Origin: an uncultured bacterium | GTDB taxonomy: Bacteria > Fidelibacterota > Marinisomatia > Marinisomatales > TCS56 | NCBI GenBank assembly: GCA_964439935.1 | Contig: CAYTPW010000012.1 | Coordinates: 33,302 to 97,301 of the forward strand | Direction: 5' to 3' | DNA: 64,000 nt | Shown: positions 18,960 to 28,740 of the stretch, piece after piece | Numbering within the stretch: the stretch's first letter is position 1 | Layout: every line of letters starts with the position of its first letter | The notes under the pieces: model-generated | The model's database searches: none | The model's input: the letters and a program-made list of their open reading frames with translations, nothing else | Told to the model about the DNA's origin: nothing | Program-made: the position numbers and the translations under genes

Positions 18960-20176
18960 GCAACGTTTTCCACATCCGTCTTAAAGATTTTGAGCTTCAG
19001 ACCGAGCGTATCCTGGACCCGGCTCTGCGCACGCGTCCGATCGCCATCATTTCCTCCAACCGGCAAGATGGCACGATTGTGGCCCTGTCCAACGAGGCCC
19101 GCCAGGAAGGATTGTTCCGGGGACTGAATGTGTCGCTGGTGCGCAAGATGTCCACCGCCACACTGTTGCTGCCCTACAATTCATCCCTGTACGCCCGGTT
19201 GAATGGTTACGTCTATTCCACCGTTACCAATTTTACCCCGGTGGTTGAGCCAGCGGCTTACGGTCAATATTTTCTTGACATGAGCGGAATGGAACGGGTT
19301 TACCGTGATGCTCGCCAGACCGGCTTCAACATCACCCGCCAGGTACAGGATAAGACCAGCCTGTCCGGGGTGGTGGGCATCAGTCCCAACAAGCTGGTCA
19401 GCAGCATTTCTACCGCTGTGGTGCCCGATACCATTCACCGGGTCGCCGCCGGTGATGAGCCCAAATTCCTGGCACCCCTACCGGTGCCGGTGTTACCCAC
19501 CAGCCACGAGCGGACCGTCCAGCGTATCCTGAGCTTCCTGTTTCTGGAGCAGGTCCGCCAAGTCCAAGCCGTAGCCGACCGACCCGCGGAAGCGGCCACC
19601 CTGTTCGGCAATTACACCCGCAAACTCACCAGCGAAGCCCGGGGCCAGGACACCTCCCTGGTGCAGCCGCCGTCCCTGCGGGAGCATATTCTGGAGCAGA
19701 CTGTCCTGCCCAGCGATACCAACGACATTGACCTGCTGCGGGCAGTGCTGCGCAACCTGGCCGAGCAGGTGGCGTTCAAATTGCGTAAGCGGGGACAGAT
19801 CGCCCGGCGCATTGCCGTGGAAGTACATTACACCGATGGATTGAAGAATAATCGCGTCAGTCGACTGGGCGCCAATGATGACGCCACCGTCACGGCAATC
19901 TGTTTCCGCCTTTTTGACCAGGCCAACTATCGACGCAACCGCATCCGTACGGTGCTGATCGATGCCAGCGACCTGCGCTATCACGCCCGGCAATTGGACC
20001 TGTTCGCCGGTGGCGACCCCCGGGACCGGGTCCTGTCCGGTGCTCTGGATAAGGTGCGCAAAAAATATGGCTTCAACAGCGTTGGAATCGCTGGTCAGGA
20101 GCAGAACGGTGGTAAAAGATTTGCGATTGAAAAACTAGCAATGCAATCGGCCACACCAATCAGTGCAGCGCGATGA
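18953..20176 (+). CDS. imuB: ImuB-like Y-family polymerase homolog, catalytic acidic residues lost
   Basis: 407 aa with Y-family fold order. The DinB-type D-x-D..F..E and S-x-DE motifs read HIRLKDFELQTE and AAYGQYFLDMSG, as expected for non-catalytic ImuB. It sits between lexA and dnaE2. Start (TTG 18953) is uncertain. Confidence 0.75.
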   Translation: MNRNVFHIRLKDFELQTERILDPALRTRPIAIISSNRQDGTIVALSNEARQEGLFRGLNVSLVRKMSTATLLLPYNSSLYARLNGYVYSTVTNFTPVVEPAAYGQYFLDMSGMERVYRDARQTGFNITRQVQDKTSLSGVVGISPNKLVSSISTAVVPDTIHRVAAGDEPKFLAPLPVPVLPTSHERTVQRILSFLFLEQVRQVQAVADRPAEAATLFGNYTRKLTSEARGQDTSLVQPPSLREHILEQTVLPSDTNDIDLLRAVLRNLAEQVAFKLRKRGQIARRIAVEVHYTDGLKNNRVSRLGANDDATVTAICFRLFDQANYRRNRIRTVLIDASDLRYHARQLDLFAGGDPRDRVLSGALDKVRKKYGFNSVGIAGQEQNGGKRFAIEKLAMQSATPISAAR

Positions 20177-20559
20177 AATTATCTGACTTACCAGCTTACC
20201 CGCAACACACAAAACCTTTCGCCCGATCACTCCGCAAAAATATGACGCTGGCCGAACTCAAGCTCTGGGGACACCTTCGCCGTTGGCAATTGGGACATCG
20301 CTTTCGACGACAACTTCCGGTTGGTAATTATATTATCGATTTCGCCTCTTTACAAACTGGCCTGGCAATTGAAGCAGACGGCGGACAGCACTATGCCCGC
20401 TCCCAACGAAAAAACGACCAGCGACGCACTCGCTATCTGGAAAGCCTCGGCTTCACCGTTATCCGCTTCAATAACCATGAGGTGCTAAGCAATATAGAAG
20501 GTGTAATAGAACGGATTGGAGAAGTGCTGAAGAGACTGGAGAAAGGGTGCGAACGGTGA
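20173..20559 (+). CDS. DUF559 endonuclease-domain protein (Vsr-like fold)
   Basis: 128 aa. ARSLRKNMTLAELKLWGHLRR...FRRQLPVGNYIIDFASLQTGLAIEADGGQH...VIRFNNHEV is the classic DUF559 pattern. ATGA overlap with the imuB stop. Confidence 0.88.
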   Translation: MKLSDLPAYPQHTKPFARSLRKNMTLAELKLWGHLRRWQLGHRFRRQLPVGNYIIDFASLQTGLAIEADGGQHYARSQRKNDQRRTRYLESLGFTVIRFNNHEVLSNIEGVIERIGEVLKRLEKGCER

Positions 20560-20665
20560 TTTTACCCCCTCTAAATCTCCCCCATTACGGGGGAGACTTG
20601 GAATGTTGCAACACCCGTAATTATGTAAGTCCTCCCCTGTGGGGGAGGATTCAGGAGGGGGCAAA

Positions 20666-23600
20666 GTGCTAACCCACCTCAACACCCATTCCCAGTTTTC
20701 CGCCATGCGTGGAACGGCCTCCCAGCAGGAGCTGCTCACGGCAGCCCGGGATCAGGGCATGGAATACCTGACCCTGACAGAGGTGAACGGCATGTGGGGC
20801 TTCATCCGCTTCGTGCAGCATGCCCATGCGGCTGGTATCAAGCCGATCGCCGGAGTTAATATTATTGCTGGAGATGCTGACCTGATCCTGCTGGCAGAAA
20901 ATTCAGTCGGCTATTCCAATCTCTGCCGGATAGTCTCCGCCGTTCACGATGATGAAAGCATCGGAATTGAGGAATTGATCGAACCCCATGCCAGCGGAAT
21001 CTTCGTGCTGGCACACCGCTACGAGGACCTTGAAAAACTGGCTGACTTTGTGCTTAAATCGCATCTGTACGTGGAATTACGTCCCGGAGTGACGGAGGCA
21101 TCGGCTAAGCGCATGAGCCGCAACCTGGGTTTGGAGACCGTGGCTACAGGCGATATTTATTTCATGCACTCGAAAGACCAGCCAGCTCACAAGGTATTGC
21201 GGGCCATCGAAAAAAACGTCACTCTGTCACAACTTACCGTAGCCGACTTCAAACCGGAAACCAATTATTTCTGCGACGAAAAGGAAATGATCCGACGCTT
21301 CCCCAACAGTCTGGAGGCCATCAACAACAGTTCTTTCCTGGCTGAACGCTGTAAGACCGACTGGAATTTCGTCAATACCATTTTCCCGGGGCTGGACCTG
21401 AAAAACCAGCACCGCTCCAACACCCGTCTACTAAAACTGGTGGAACAGGGTGCCCGGGAGCGTTACGGCATGATCAACGACGAGGTGCGCCAGCGAATTG
21501 ACTACGAACTGGAGCTTATCACCCAGAAGGGATTCGCGCCCTATTTCCTGGTGGTGCGGGATATCGTGCGACAGACTAAATCCACCATCGGCCGTGGCTC
21601 AGCGGCGGCTTCGGTGGTAAGCTATTGCCTCTACATCACTCAGGTTGACCCGATCCTGTTCAACCTGCAGTTCGAGCGCTTCATTCACCCCGAGCGTGAA
21701 AGCATGCCCGACATTGATGTGGACTTTCCCTGGGATGAGCGGGACGATATTATCAACTATGTTTTCAAAAAACACGGCAACGAGCGCACGGCCATGGTGG
21801 CCAGCCAGGTGTTTCTGCGACCCCGTTCCGCCATCCGCGAAGTAGCCAAGGTCTACGGTCTATCCAATGAAGAGATCAATGCCATCACCAAGCGGATCGG
21901 CTACCAGTGGCGCAGCCGCTCCGATCTGGTGAACTGGATCAAGACCGATCCCCGTTTTGCCAATGCCCACCTGGATGATACCCTCCTGGAAGTGATCACC
22001 CGCAGCCAGGAAATCGTGGGTACTTTCCGCAATCCATCGGTGCATCCCGGGGGAATCGTAATCGCACCCGACGAAATCCGCAAACACGTGCCGGTGCTGA
22101 CTGCTCCCAAGGGCGTTCAGATCACCGAATGGGAAAAGGATCAGGTGGAGGATTCGGGTCTGTTGAAAATTGATCTGCTGGGCAATCGCTCGCTGGCGGT
22201 GGTGCGTGATACAATCAAACAGATCAATCTCTATTACCCCAACAAGAAGAAGTCCGACTACATCGATTATCATAGTATTCAGCCGGTGGGCGACCCGAAG
22301 ACCCAGGCACTGATGGAATCAGGCAAAACCATGGGAGTTTTCTATATCGAAAGCCCTGCCACTCGCCAGTTGCTGGCCAAGTCGAGGACGGTGGATTTCG
22401 AGCACGTTGTGATCTATTCCTCGATCATCCGGCCGGCAGCCAACCGCTTCACCAATCTGATGCTGGAGCGCATCCATGGCCAGGAATGGGAACCTCTGCA
22501 TGCTGATCTGGACTTCCTCAACGAAAGCTACGGCATCATGGTTTACGAAGAACAGGTTTCACTGGCGGCGCGGGCCCTGGCCGGGTTTGGCTACGCCCAG
22601 TCCGATGCCCTGCGCAAGACCATGAGCCGTGACTCCCTGAACCGTCTGATTCCCAGCTGGAAAAAGAAATTTTATGCCGGAGCCCGAAAACGGGGCTATG
22701 AAAAGGAAATAGTGGACAAAACCTGGGACATGATCGCTTCGTTTGTTGGTTACTCGTTTTGCAAACCTCACTCCGCCTCCTACGCCATGTTGTCCTTCAC
22801 CTGTGCCTACCTGAAGGCCAACTACCCGGCGGAATTCCTGGCTTCTGTAATCACCAACCAGGGCGGCTTTTACTCCGCTTATGCCTACCTGAGCGAGGCT
22901 CGGCGATTCGGGATCACCATCCTGCCGCCTCATATCAACCGCAGCTTCCGGGAGTTCCGGGGGCGGAAAAAACAAATCCGCATGGGTTTCATGGTCATCA
23001 ACAGTCTCCAGGACAAAGCCATTGAGGCGGTAATGGGCGAGCGCAAGGCTGGCGATTTCATGAATCTGGAAGATTTCATGACGCGGGTGGACCTGGATCT
23101 GTCTGACGCCATGGCCTTTACTAATGCCGGATGTTTTGCCAAGCTGGAGCCACAATTGACCCATAAGGAAATCGCCTACCAAATCGCCAATTTCTACCTG
23201 TCCGATGGTTCCGGTCGTCCGGTAAAGGCTCCTGTGAAAGGTAATCCGACACCCGCAGAAAAACGGCAGCTGGAGATCGAGTCCTTCGGGTTCCCTATCT
23301 CCTGTCATCCCCTGGCAGTGTACGATTCTTTTCTGAAGAGAAAAGTGAAAAAGGCGCGGGATATCCCCAAATACGTTGGTCAGTCGATTCGACTGGCAGG
23401 GGTTTATATCACCCGCAAGGTCACGGCCACTCGCAAGCACGATCCCATGGAATTTTTGACCCTAGAGGATGAAACCGACATCTACGAATGCGTTCTCTTC
23501 CCGGAAGCCTTCCGGGAATTCGGCGACCTGTTGAACTGGGAGCGGCTGTTTCTCGTGCGTGGTAAGGTGGAGGAATCTTTCGGAGTGTACACAATCACGA

Positions 23601-23710
23601 TCGAAAAGCTGGCCAGTTTACCAGCACTATTGAGGAAAAAAGGGACCGGTCTCAGGGATCAGGTGTCTGGGCAAAAAGGGAAACCGCTGGCGACGGCCAG
23701 TTATGTGTGA
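20666..23710 (+). CDS. dnaE2: error-prone DNA polymerase III alpha homolog DnaE2/ImuC
   Basis: PHP-domain start VLTHLNTHSQFS. Pol III alpha core blocks (GKTMGVFYIESP, FCKPHSASYA). C-terminal OB-fold region. ~1010 aa. Probable start GTG 20666; the track's 20639 adds a G-rich MGEDSGGGK extension that lies inside a hairpin repeat. Confidence 0.9.
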   Translation: MLTHLNTHSQFSAMRGTASQQELLTAARDQGMEYLTLTEVNGMWGFIRFVQHAHAAGIKPIAGVNIIAGDADLILLAENSVGYSNLCRIVSAVHDDESIGIEELIEPHASGIFVLAHRYEDLEKLADFVLKSHLYVELRPGVTEASAKRMSRNLGLETVATGDIYFMHSKDQPAHKVLRAIEKNVTLSQLTVADFKPETNYFCDEKEMIRRFPNSLEAINNSSFLAERCKTDWNFVNTIFPGLDLKNQHRSNTRLLKLVEQGARERYGMINDEVRQRIDYELELITQKGFAPYFLVVRDIVRQTKSTIGRGSAAASVVSYCLYITQVDPILFNLQFERFIHPERESMPDIDVDFPWDERDDIINYVFKKHGNERTAMVASQVFLRPRSAIREVAKVYGLSNEEINAITKRIGYQWRSRSDLVNWIKTDPRFANAHLDDTLLEVITRSQEIVGTFRNPSVHPGGIVIAPDEIRKHVPVLTAPKGVQITEWEKDQVEDSGLLKIDLLGNRSLAVVRDTIKQINLYYPNKKKSDYIDYHSIQPVGDPKTQALMESGKTMGVFYIESPATRQLLAKSRTVDFEHVVIYSSIIRPAANRFTNLMLERIHGQEWEPLHADLDFLNESYGIMVYEEQVSLAARALAGFGYAQSDALRKTMSRDSLNRLIPSWKKKFYAGARKRGYEKEIVDKTWDMIASFVGYSFCKPHSASYAMLSFTCAYLKANYPAEFLASVITNQGGFYSAYAYLSEARRFGITILPPHINRSFREFRGRKKQIRMGFMVINSLQDKAIEAVMGERKAGDFMNLEDFMTRVDLDLSDAMAFTNAGCFAKLEPQLTHKEIAYQIANFYLSDGSGRPVKAPVKGNPTPAEKRQLEIESFGFPISCHPLAVYDSFLKRKVKKARDIPKYVGQSIRLAGVYITRKVTATRKHDPMEFLTLEDETDIYECVLFPEAFREFGDLLNWERLFLVRGKVEESFGVYTITIEKLASLPALLRKKGTGLRDQVSGQKGKPLATASYV

Positions 23711-23727
23711 CCATTGTAAGACGGTGT

Positions 23728-24031
23728 AAACCATTAAAATGGTTGTGAACCGGGATAATTAAAAAAAACCATAATTGAAACTATGGGCTGAGAAATACCA
23801 AATGCATATTATAATTAATGCAACTGATTTGTTCAGTAATTTTATTACGAATCTGATAATCCAGCCCACAACTTCAGTTGTGGGTTGTCATAAACGAATT
23901 ATTTTACAACCGTTTCAACGGTTTTCCCTACTCGCGTCATTTCGAATACCACCATTGGGTGGGATGAGAAATCTACATACTCCTTGTACCAAATAACGTA
24001 GATTCCTCAGTCGTGCCTCCTTCGGAATGAC
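23728..24031 (+). repeat. multi-hairpin intergenic repeat, copy B
   Basis: Same five modules as 17368..17655 in the same orientation. Spacings between module starts are 47/47, 86/87, 45/45 and 27/29 nt (A/B). Confidence 0.85.
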
Positions 24032-24197
24032 ATTGTTGGTCATCTTTCGACAGGCTTATTGTGAGCCTGTCGAACCACGATAAGTGATAGATAAGGTTTT
24101 GTAACAGTTGGAAACCCAAACGGAATAAGCTTACTTAACTCCAACGTATATTCAGCACGGGCATTAAATAGAATTTCATAACTTCAGCTAACTAATT

Positions 24198-24866
24198 ATG
24201 TGCGGACGGAAAACACTAACAGAAGACATGCAGTCCATAATCGAGGAGCTGGCCATCCAGGAATGGGAGGATCCTGATAATTATGCACCCAGTTTTAATA
24301 TTGCTCCAACTCAGACCTCCCCAATATTGATTGACGATGGTATCCGACGGGTAAAACCAATGCGCTGGGGTTTAATTCCATCATGGTCCAAGGATATGAG
24401 CTTTGGCGTTCGAATGATCAATGCGCGTGCGGAAACATTAACTGAGAAACCATCTTTCCGTAATCTGTTACCTAAAAAACGCTGTGTGGTTATCAGCGAT
24501 GGCTATTATGAATGGCACAATACCGGATCAGACAAACAACCTTATTATATTCATAAGTCTGACGGTGGTTTGCTGCCCATGGCCGGTTTATGGGATCGCT
24601 GGTTGGATCAGGATGGTCATCCGGTTTTTTCTTATACAATAATCACAACAACTCCCCAGCCCGAGTTGGCATTTATTCATGATCGCATGCCGGTGATTCT
24701 TGCGCCGGGAAATCTGGATAAATGGCTGCAAACCTCCCATAACCCAGCCAATACTGTTACAGCGATACTACAACCTTACGGGGAAATACTGAACGCTGAC
24801 CAGGTTTCGAAAATTGTAAACTCGCCCGTCAATAATTCACCGGCCTGTATCAAACCATTAAGCTGA
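24198..24866 (+). CDS. SOS response-associated peptidase (SRAP, YedK/HMCES family)
   Basis: Starts MCGRKTL (Cys2 nucleophile). Also RWGLIPSW, INARAETL and IHDRMPVIL. 222 aa. Confidence 0.9.
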   Translation: MCGRKTLTEDMQSIIEELAIQEWEDPDNYAPSFNIAPTQTSPILIDDGIRRVKPMRWGLIPSWSKDMSFGVRMINARAETLTEKPSFRNLLPKKRCVVISDGYYEWHNTGSDKQPYYIHKSDGGLLPMAGLWDRWLDQDGHPVFSYTIITTTPQPELAFIHDRMPVILAPGNLDKWLQTSHNPANTVTAILQPYGEILNADQVSKIVNSPVNNSPACIKPLS

Positions 24867-25535
24867 TCAACCGGGAATATCCACACCCCGTAAAAATCTG
24901 GCACCGGCTGTTTCCATTTCATCTTCTGCTTGCTCCAAATCACCGGTATGTAATTCAATTCCTTTACAGCCATTTCTTACCAGATAGGTACGAAAACCCA
25001 AAGCCAATGCATCCAATACAGAATTTTTCACGCAGTAATCGGTCGCCAGACCTGTAAAGTACAGAGACGTAACTTTTTTCTTTTTCAGTATTTTTTCCAG
25101 ACCGGTTTTATTTTTCCGGCCCTCGTCAAAAAATACGCTGTAACTATCAACTTTTGGATCGGCACCCTTATAAAATACTTGTTTTATTAGATTGCTGTTC
25201 AATCGTTTGGGGAAATCTGCCCCGGGAGTATCCTGCACGCAATGTATCGGAAATAAAACTTGATTAATACCGAATAAATCAACATAATCACCTGGTTCTC
25301 GGCCAGAATGATTTGAAGCGAAACTGCCATGATGGGCAGGATGCCATTCCTTGGTTGCATATATGAGATCAAATTTCTCCATAGCTCGGTTAATCACTGA
25401 AATCACTTTATCACCTTCTTGTACCGGTACTGCTCCGCCGGGCAGGAAATCATTTTGAACATCCACTATTATCAGTGCACGGTTTGGCATCTCCCGGTTT
25501 AAAATATTTTTACTGAATTTGAAAATTGATTTCAT
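24867..25535 (-). CDS. pncA: nicotinamidase/pyrazinamidase
   Basis: ALIIVDVQNDFLPGGAVPV, WHPAHHGSFASNH and GLATDYCVKNSVLDAL closely parallel E. coli PncA. Confidence 0.88.
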   Translation of the reverse strand: MKSIFKFSKNILNREMPNRALIIVDVQNDFLPGGAVPVQEGDKVISVINRAMEKFDLIYATKEWHPAHHGSFASNHSGREPGDYVDLFGINQVLFPIHCVQDTPGADFPKRLNSNLIKQVFYKGADPKVDSYSVFFDEGRKNKTGLEKILKKKKVTSLYFTGLATDYCVKNSVLDALALGFRTYLVRNGCKGIELHTGDLEQAEDEMETAGARFLRGVDIPG

Positions 25536-25536
25536 C

Positions 25537-28500
25537 TTATTCCACGTTATAATAATCCTGCAAAGACCGCACCGTAATTTTCCCCTTTGACCTGATAGCT
25601 CTGACTGCGGCCTGAGCTGCTGAAAGAGTGGTTATGATAGGGATTCCATACCGAATAGCGGCACGACCAATAGCTTCCTCATCAAATCGGGAGCGCTTAC
25701 CCAACGGCGTATTAATGATTATTTGTACCTGATTGTTTTTTACCAGATCCACAACATTCGGGCGCCCCTCACCTACTTTATGAATTTTATTGACCGATAA
25801 ACCATTTCGCTTAAGAACGGCTGCTGTTCCTTCAGTTGCAACAATTTCAAATCCCAGCTCAGTCCAGTCTCTGGCTATCGGAATAATCGATAGTTTGTCA
25901 TGTTCATTAACCGAGATAAAAATCGTGCCCTTATCGGGGAGTGCTTGTCCAGCCCCTAGCAAAGCGCGTAAAAAAGCATTCCCAAGGGAACGAGCTAAGC
26001 CCATTACCTCACCCGTCGATTTCATTTCCGGTCCTAAAAATACGCGTTCAGAAGGAAATTTATTAAATGGCAGAACTACTTCTTTCACAGCCATGTGTCC
26101 GAATGATTCCCAGTCCGGCAATTGAAAGTCCGATAATTTTGTACCAACTGCCAGCTGCACAGCTATTTTAGCCAGTGGAACGCCCCGGGCTTTACTGACA
26201 AATGGTGTCGTCCGGCTGGCTCTCGGGTTTACCTCCAGAACGAATATCATCTCATTTTTATAGGCGAATTGGAAATTGATTAATCCCACAACTTCGAGCT
26301 CAACTGCAATAATGTTTACTACACGAATAATTTCTTCCATGGCCTGGTCAGTAATCTGGTAAGGTGGCAGGACACAGGCGGAATCTCCGGAGTGGATACC
26401 AGCTTCTTCAATATGCTGCAGAATTCCACCAATATAAACTTCCTTTCCATCGCAAAGCGCATCGACATCAAATTCAAATGCATCTTCCAAAAATTCATCA
26501 ACCAGGATTGGATGACCAGCAGTTACATCGGCCGAACGGGCAATATAATCTATTAGCTGATCGGCAGTATAAACAATTTCCATTGCCCGGCCACCTAAAA
26601 CATAACTGGGGCGAACCAGCACTGGATAACCGATTCGATCGGCAACAGTGATCACTTCGTCCAGATTCCGGCCAGTACCATAATTGGGACGATTTATTTT
26701 CAACCTGTCCAGTAAATGACCAAATTTTTCCCTGTCCTCAGCCAAGTCAATATTAGTTGCCGAAGTGCCCAGGATTTTAACTCCCGCTTCTTCTAGAGAC
26801 TTGGAAATCTTCAGCGGTGTCTGCCCTCCAAATTGAATCAATACACCATCCGGTTTTTCAAAATCTATGATATTTAATACATCTTCAAGAGTTATCGGTT
26901 CAAAATACAACCGGTCCACAAGATCAAAATCAGTTGAGACCGTCTCCGGGTTACAGTTAATCATGATGGTCTTATAGCCTAATTCCTGTAGTCCAAAAAC
27001 AGCCTGCACACAACAATAATCAAATTCAATCCCTTGTCCGATCCGATTCGGACCACTACCCAGAATTACCATCTTTTTACCGACCAGTGGTTCAATATCA
27101 GATTCTTCCTCATAGGTAGAATAGCAATAGGGTGTTCTTGCTTCGAATTCTGCGGCACAGGTATCTACCACTTTGTAAGTCGGCAGGATAGAATTTGATA
27201 AACGAAACTGTCTAATATTTTCAGTGCTTTGCCCAAACTGCCGGGCCAGTTGCTGATCAGAGAAACCAGCACGTTTTAAAATTCCAGTTGTTTTTGAATC
27301 AAGTCTGGATTCGTCAACACAAGCCAGCATTTGCATTTGATTTAAAAACCAGGGATCAATCTGCGTCTGGGTAAATATTTGTTCAATTGACTCACCGGTT
27401 TTGAAAGCCTGCCAGATTTTCAACAGTCGGAAAGCGGTGGGGAAACGCAGTTTATCAAGATCAAGATTTCGTGCCCGGTTTGCTTGTGGATCACCGCCGG
27501 CGGGCGGTTTGGGTTCATATCCGTCCAGACCAACCTCCAGTGAGCGAAAGGCTTTCTGCAACGATTCACGAAAGGTCCGTCCGATTGCCATCACTTCACC
27601 AACCGATTGCATCTGAACCCCCAGCGTTCCTGAAGCAGACGGAAATTTCTCAAAATCAAACCGGGGAATCTTGATTACTACGTAATCGATGGCTGGTTCA
27701 AAAGCTGCCAGTGTCTGCCCGGTTATATCATTAGGGATTTCATCCAGTGTATAGCCAACAGCCAGTTTGGTTGCTACCTTGGCAATTGGAAATCCGGTTG
27801 CCTTGGAGGCCAGAGCTGAACTGCGACTAACCCTCGGATTCATCTCTACCACTATCATACGACCTGTATCTGGATTAACGGCAAATTGGACATTGGAACC
27901 ACCCGTTTCCACCCCCACTACCCGCAGGCAGGTCAAAGCCCAATCCCGCATTTGCTGGTACTCTCTATCAGATAAAGTCATTGCTGGCGCTACTGTCACC
28001 GAATCACCAGTATGGACTCCCATGGGATCGATATTCTCTATTGAGCAGACCACGATGGCATTATCAGCACGATCCCGAATTACTTCCAGTTCATATTCCT
28101 TCCAGCCCAACAAGGATTCTTCGATCAACAACTCACCCACCGGACTGGCATCGATTCCCTTATGGACCATTTCACCATATTCTTCAAAATTATAGGCGAT
28201 TCCACCACCAGTACCCCCTAATGTATAGGATGGTCGTAGAATAATCGGAAAGTTGATCCGTTCCAGCAGATTTTCAGCTTCTAGAACAGATTTAATCAAA
28301 CCTCCCTGTGCCATTGGAATGCCGGCTTCGGCCATAATATGCTGGAACTGCTCCCGATCCTCTCCTCGGGCAATTGCAGTACTGTCAGCACCGATCAATT
28401 CCACTCCATAACGCTCCAATACCCCTGTCTTATCAAGCAAATGGGCTATGTTCAAAGCAGTCTGTCCACCAACTGTTGGCAGGATGGCATCCGGTTTCTC

Positions 28501-28740
28501 CTCGGCAATAATGGCCTCAATATATTCCGGATTAACAGGTTCAATATAGGTCCGGTCAGCCAAATCCGGATCAGTCATAATAGTAGCTGGATTGGAATTC
28601 ACTAAAATGACTCGGAAACCATCATTTTTCAAAGCACGGACTGCCTGCGTTCCAGAGTAATCAAACTCACAACCCTGACCGATCACTATTGGTCCGGCAC
28701 CAATGATTAAAATAGATTCCAGGTCGGAGCGCCTAGGCAT
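25537..28740 (-). CDS. carB: carbamoyl-phosphate synthase large subunit
   Basis: 1067 aa. Duplicated ATP-grasp halves ([21 protein letters not shown] and [20 protein letters not shown]). MGS-like C-terminus. Confidence 0.97.
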   Translation of the reverse strand: MPRRSDLESILIIGAGPIVIGQGCEFDYSGTQAVRALKNDGFRVILVNSNPATIMTDPDLADRTYIEPVNPEYIEAIIAEEKPDAILPTVGGQTALNIAHLLDKTGVLERYGVELIGADSTAIARGEDREQFQHIMAEAGIPMAQGGLIKSVLEAENLLERINFPIILRPSYTLGGTGGGIAYNFEEYGEMVHKGIDASPVGELLIEESLLGWKEYELEVIRDRADNAIVVCSIENIDPMGVHTGDSVTVAPAMTLSDREYQQMRDWALTCLRVVGVETGGSNVQFAVNPDTGRMIVVEMNPRVSRSSALASKATGFPIAKVATKLAVGYTLDEIPNDITGQTLAAFEPAIDYVVIKIPRFDFEKFPSASGTLGVQMQSVGEVMAIGRTFRESLQKAFRSLEVGLDGYEPKPPAGGDPQANRARNLDLDKLRFPTAFRLLKIWQAFKTGESIEQIFTQTQIDPWFLNQMQMLACVDESRLDSKTTGILKRAGFSDQQLARQFGQSTENIRQFRLSNSILPTYKVVDTCAAEFEARTPYCYSTYEEESDIEPLVGKKMVILGSGPNRIGQGIEFDYCCVQAVFGLQELGYKTIMINCNPETVSTDFDLVDRLYFEPITLEDVLNIIDFEKPDGVLIQFGGQTPLKISKSLEEAGVKILGTSATNIDLAEDREKFGHLLDRLKINRPNYGTGRNLDEVITVADRIGYPVLVRPSYVLGGRAMEIVYTADQLIDYIARSADVTAGHPILVDEFLEDAFEFDVDALCDGKEVYIGGILQHIEEAGIHSGDSACVLPPYQITDQAMEEIIRVVNIIAVELEVVGLINFQFAYKNEMIFVLEVNPRASRTTPFVSKARGVPLAKIAVQLAVGTKLSDFQLPDWESFGHMAVKEVVLPFNKFPSERVFLGPEMKSTGEVMGLARSLGNAFLRALLGAGQALPDKGTIFISVNEHDKLSIIPIARDWTELGFEIVATEGTAAVLKRNGLSVNKIHKVGEGRPNVVDLVKNNQVQIIINTPLGKRSRFDEEAIGRAAIRYGIPIITTLSAAQAAVRAIRSKGKITVRSLQDYYNVE

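Larger units (their letters stand above)
17368..24031. mobile_element. putative horizontally acquired SOS-mutagenesis island, including its two flanking direct repeats
   Basis: There is an abrupt composition change. My hand count gives 43 of 60 G+C at 18001..18060 against 23 of 60 at 17401..17460. The island is bounded by the same ordered set of hairpin modules on both sides. I see no integrase or transposase inside. Confidence 0.5.

Noticed and set aside
20639-20665. Track start of dnaE2, which adds MGEDSGGGK
   Set aside because: The extension is encoded by the G-run hairpin repeat. The conserved PHP N-terminus begins at the GTG at 20666 (VLTHLNTHSQFS).
22559-23440. 293-aa antisense ORF inside dnaE2, and similar long antisense ORFs at 18067..18483, 19493..19993 and 21860..22273
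   Set aside because: All lie opposite genes with unambiguous family matches. They are Arg/Gly/Pro/Ala-rich, as expected for stop-poor antisense frames in GC-rich DNA, and have no recognisable motifs.
23775-23996. 73-aa ORF within repeat copy B
   Set aside because: It is composed of the hairpin modules themselves. The equivalent region in copy A is not open.
17368-24031. Island as a prophage, ICE or transposon
   Set aside because: No integrase, transposase, relaxase, phage structural genes, terminal inverted repeats or tRNA target are visible. Only long direct repeats are present, so I describe it as a repeat-bracketed island.
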